DNA from: Ranitomeya imitator
Lineage: Eukaryota
DNA length: 64,000 nucleotides
NCBI RefSeq assembly: GCF_032444005.1
Contig: NC_091285.1
Span: 674,870,001-674,934,000, forward strand
Reading direction: 5' to 3'
This document shows, piece after piece, positions 59,030 through 64,000 of this stretch (within the stretch, counting starts at the first letter, position 1; each line of letters starts with the position of its first letter). Below the pieces are notes generated by a model, which was not told the origin of the DNA, ran no database searches, and saw only the letters and a program-made list of their open reading frames with translations. A program made the position numbers and the translations under genes.

Positions 59030-62000
59030 ACAGTGCCCCCATAACAACAGCGATACCCACAGTGCCCCCATAACAACAGCGATATCCACAGTGCCCCCAT
59101 AATAACAGCGATACCCACAGTGCCCCCATAATAACAGCGATATCCACAGTGCCCCCATAACAACAGCGATACCCACAGTGCCCCCATAACAACAGCGATA
59201 TCCACAGTGCCCCCATAATAACAGCGATACCCACAGTGCCCCCATAATAACAGCGATACCCACAGTGCCCCCATAATAACAGTGATATCCACAGTGCCCC
59301 CATAATAACAGTGATATCCACAGTGTCCCCATAATAACAGTGATATCCACAGTGCCCCCATAATAACAGTGATATCCACAGTGTCCCCATAATAACAGTG
59401 ATATCCACAGTGCCCCCATAATAACAGTGATATCCACAGTGTCCCCATAATAACAGTGATATCCACAGTGCCCCCATAATAACAGTGATATCCACAGTGT
59501 CCCCATAATAACAGTGATATCCACAGTGCCCCCATAATAACAGTGATATCCACAGTGTCCCCATAATAACAGTGATATCCACAGTGCCCCCATAATAACA
59601 GTGATATCCACAGTGTCCCCATAATAACAGTGATATCCACAGTGTCCCCATAATAACAGTGATATCCACAGTGCCCCCATAATAACAGTGATATCCACAG
59701 TGTCCCCATAATAACAGTGATATCCACAGTGCCCCCATAATAACAGTGATATCCACAGTGCCCCATAATAACAGTGATATCCACAGTGCCCCCATAATAA
59801 CAGTGATATCCACAGTGCCCCCATAATAACAGTGATATCCACAGTGTCCCCATAATAACAGTGATATCCACAGTGTCCCCATAATAACAGTGATATCCAC
59901 AGTGCCCCATAATAACAGTGATATCCACAGTGCCCCCATAATAACAGTGATATCTACAGTGTCCCCATAATAACAGTGATATCCACAGTGCCCCCATAAT
60001 AACAGTGATATCCACAGTGCCCCCATAATAACAGTGATATCCACAGTGCCCCCATAATAACAGCGATATCCACAGTGCCCCCATAATAACAGTGATATCC
60101 ACAGTGTCCCCATAATAACAGCGATATCCACAGTGCCCCCATAATAACAGTGATATCCACAGTGTCCCCATAATAACAGTGATATCCACAGTGCCCCCAT
60201 AATAACAGTGATATCCACAGTGTCCCCATAATAACAGTGATATCCACAGTGCCCCATAATAACAGTGATATCCACAGTGTCCCCATAATAACAGTGATAT
60301 CCACAGTGTCCCATAATAACAGTGATATCCACAGTGTCCCATAATAACAGCGATATCCACAGTGTCCCCATAATAACAGTGATATCCACAGTGCCCCCAT
60401 AATAACAGTGATATCCACAGTGCCCCCATAATAACAGCGATATCCACAGTGTCCCCATAATAACAGCGATATCCACAGTGTCCCCATAATAACAGCGATA
60501 TCCACAGTGCCCCATAATAACAGCGATATCCACAGTGTCCCCATAATAACAGTGATATCCACAGTGCCCCCATAATAACAGTGATATCCACAGTGTCCCC
60601 ATAATAACAGTGATATCCACAGTGTCCCATAATAACAGTGATATCCACAGTGCCCCCATAATAACAGTGATATCCACAGTGCTCCCATAATAACAGTGAT
60701 ATCCACAGTGCCCCCATAATAACAGTGATATCCACAGTGCCCCCATAATAACAGTGATATCCACAGTGCTCCCATAATAACAGTGATATCCACAGTGTCC
60801 CCATAATAACAGTGATATCCACAGTGTCCCATAATAACAGTGATATCCACAGTGCCCCCATAATAACAGTGATATCCACAGTGCTCCCATAATAACAGTG
60901 ATATCCACAGTGCCCCCATAATAACAGTGATATCCACAGTGCCCCCATAATAACAGTGATATCCACAGTGCCCCCATAATAACAGTGATATCCACAGTGT
61001 CCCATAATAACAGTGATATCCACAGTGCCCCCATAATAACAGTGATATCCACAGTGTCCCCATAATAACAGTGATATCCACAGTGCCTCATAATAACAGT
61101 GATATCCACAGTGCCCCATAATAACAGTGATATCCACAGTGCCCCCATAATAACAGTGATATCCACAGTGTCCCCATAATAACAGCGATATCCACAGTGC
61201 CCCCATAATAACAGTGATATCCACAGTGTCCCCATAATAACAGTGATATCCACAGTGTCCCCATAATAACAGTGATATCCACAGTGTCCCCATAATAACA
61301 GTGATATCCACAGTGTCCCCATAATAACAGTGATATCCACAGTGTCCCCATAATAACAGCGATATCCACAGTGCCTCCATAATAACAGTGATATCCACAG
61401 TGTCCCCATAATAACAGTGATATCCACAGTGTCCCCATAATAACAGTGATATCCACAGTGTCCCCATAATAACAGTGATATCCACAGTGCCCCCATAATA
61501 ACAGTGATATCCACAGTGCCCCATAATAACAGTGATATCCACAGTGTCCCATAATAATAGTGATATCCACAGTGCCTCCATAATAACAGTGATATCCACA
61601 GTGCCTCCATAATAACAGTGATATCCACAGTGTCCCCATAATAACAGTGATATCCACAGTGTCCCCATAATAACAGTGATATCCACAGTGCCCCATAATA
61701 ACAGTGATATCCACAGTGCCCCCATAATAACAGTGATATCCACAGTGCCCCCATAATAACAGTGATATCCACAGTGCCCCCATAATAACAGTGATATCCA
61801 CAGTGCCCCCATAATAACAGTGATATCCACAGTGTCCCCATAATAACAGTGATATCCACAGTGTCCCCATAATAACAGTGATATCCACAGTGTCCCCATA
61901 ATAACAGTGATATCCACAGTGCCCCATAATAACAGTGATATCCACAGTGTCCCCATAATAACAGCGATATCCACAGTGCCTCCATAATAACAGTGATATC

Positions 62001-64000
62001 CACAGTGTCCCCATAATAACAGTGATATCCACAGTGTCCCCATAATAACAGTGATATCCACAGTGTCTCCATAATAACAGTGATATCCACAGTGCCCCAT
62101 AATAATAGTGATATCCACAGTGTCCCCATAATAACAGTGATATCCACAGTGTCCCCATAATAACAGTGATATCCACAGTGCCCCATAATAACAGCGATAT
62201 CCACAGTGCCCCCATAATAACCGTGATATCCACAGTGCCCTCATAATAACAGTGATATCCACAGTGCCCCCATAATAATAGTGATATCCACAGTGTCCCC
62301 ATAATAACAGCGATATCCACAGTGCCCTCATAACAACAGCGATATCCACAGTGCCCCCATAACAACAGCGATATCCACAGTGCCCCCATAATAACAGTGA
62401 TATCCACAGTGCCCCCATAACAACAGATATACCCACAGTGTCCCCATAATAACAGCAATATCCACAGTGCCCCCATAATAACAGTGATATCCACAGTGCC
62501 CCCATAATAACAGTGATATCCACAGTGCCCCCATAACAACAGATATACCCACAGTGTCCCCATAATAACAGCAATATCCACAGTGCCCCCATAATAACAG
62601 TGATATCCACAGTGCCCCATAATAACAGCAATATCCACAGTGCCCCCATAATAACAGTGATATCCACAGTGCCCCCATAATAACCGTGATATCCACAGTG
62701 CCCCCCATAATAACAGTGATATCCACAGTGCCCCATAATAACAGCGATATCCACAGTGCCCCCATAATAACAGCGATATCCACAGTGCCCTCATAATAAC
62801 AGTGATATCCACAGTGCCCCCATAATAATAGTGATATCCACAGTGTCCCCATAATAACAGCGATATCCACAGTGCCCTCATAATAACAGTGATATCCACA
62901 GTGTCCCCATAATAACAGTGATATCCACAGTGCCCCCATAATAACAGTGATATCCACAGTGCCCCCATAATAACAGTGATATCCACAGTGCCCCATAATA
63001 ACAGTGATATCCACAGTGTCCCCATAATAACAGCAATATCCACAGTGTCCCCATAATAACAGCGATATCCACAGTGCCCCATAATAACAGTGATATCCAC
63101 AGTGCCCCCATAATAACAGTGATATCCACAGTGCCCCATAATAACAGTGATATCCACAGTGCCCCCATAATAACAGTGATATCCACAGTGCCCCCATAAT
63201 AACAGTGATATCCACAGTGCCCCATAATAACAGTGATATCCACAGTGCCCCCATAATAACAGTGATATCCACAGTGCCCCCATAATAACAGTGATATCCA
63301 CAGTGTCCCCATAATAACAGTGATATCCACAGTGCCCCCATAATAGTGATATCCACAGTGTCCCCATAATAACAGTGATATCCACAGTGCCCCCATAATA
63401 ACAGTGATATCCACAGTGCCCCCATAATAACAGTGATATCCACAGTGCCCCATAATAACAGTGATATCCACAGTGCCCCATAATAACAGTGATATCCACA
63501 GTGCCCCCATAATAACAGTGATATCCACAGTGCCCCCATAATAACAGTGATATCCACAGTGCCCCATAATAACAGTGATATCCACAGTGTCCCCATAATA
63601 ACAGTGATATCCACAGTGTCCCCATAATAACAGTGATATCCACAGTGCCCCATAATAACAGCGATATCCACAGTGCCCCCATAATAACCGTGATATCCAC
63701 AGTGCCCCCATAATAACAGTGATATCCACAGTGCCCCATAATAATAGTGATATCCACAGTGTCCCCATAATAACAGTGATATCCACAGTGCCCCATAATA
63801 ACAGCGATATCCACAGTGCCCCATAATAACAGTGATATCCACAGTGCCCCATAATAATAGTGATATCCACAGTGTCCCCATAATAACAGTGATATCCACA
63901 GTGTCCCCATAATAACAGTGATATCCACAGTGCCCCATAATAACAGCGATATCCACAGTGCCCCCATAATAACCGTGATATCCACAGTGCCCTCATAATA
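59030..64000. repeat. >5-kb minisatellite, 28-29-bp unit, upstream of the arrb2 promoter, truncated by the window edge
   Basis: GATATCCACAGTGCCCCCATAATAACAGT x ~170. Confidence 0.98.

Noticed and set aside
51884-64000. 1000-1255 aa Gly-rich or hydrophobic ORFs
   Set aside because: Stop-free frames of the 40-bp and 29-bp arrays; unit lengths not divisible by 3 and frequent indels argue against coding.
1-64000. CRISPR-like regular repeats, tRNA or rRNA genes
   Set aside because: The arrays are head-to-tail with no unique spacers in a eukaryotic intron-containing locus; no tRNA or rRNA signatures were seen.

Overview
This is vertebrate genomic DNA, most likely from a frog (inferred from the arrestin sequence and the repeat types). 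About half of it (~31 kb by my tally) is tandem repeat, so nearly all long ORFs in the track are repeat artefacts. Two real spliced genes can be reconstructed by hand. (1) A complete 15-exon beta-arrestin-2 (arrb2) lies on the minus strand, CDS 58588->32701, 1227 nt, 408 aa, with every junction GT-AG and in frame. (2) A membrane-anchored chemokine lies on the plus strand, exons 11020-13902, with chemokine domain, S/T-rich stalk, transmembrane helix and cytoplasmic tail. By architecture and position next to arrb2 it is a CXCL16 orthologue, but its first two cysteines read C-Q-D-C (CX2C), a spacing outside the four canonical chemokine classes. Its signal-peptide exon was not found. Mobile elements include a decayed Tc1 in a cxcl16 intron, a young 5'-truncated CR1 in arrb2 intron 1, and several MITEs, some nested. 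Other highlights are an arrb2 intron-13 minisatellite built from copies of the gene's own 5' splice site, a related family of minisatellites, and an arrb2 promoter squeezed between two multi-kb arrays. Repeat boundaries are approximate.
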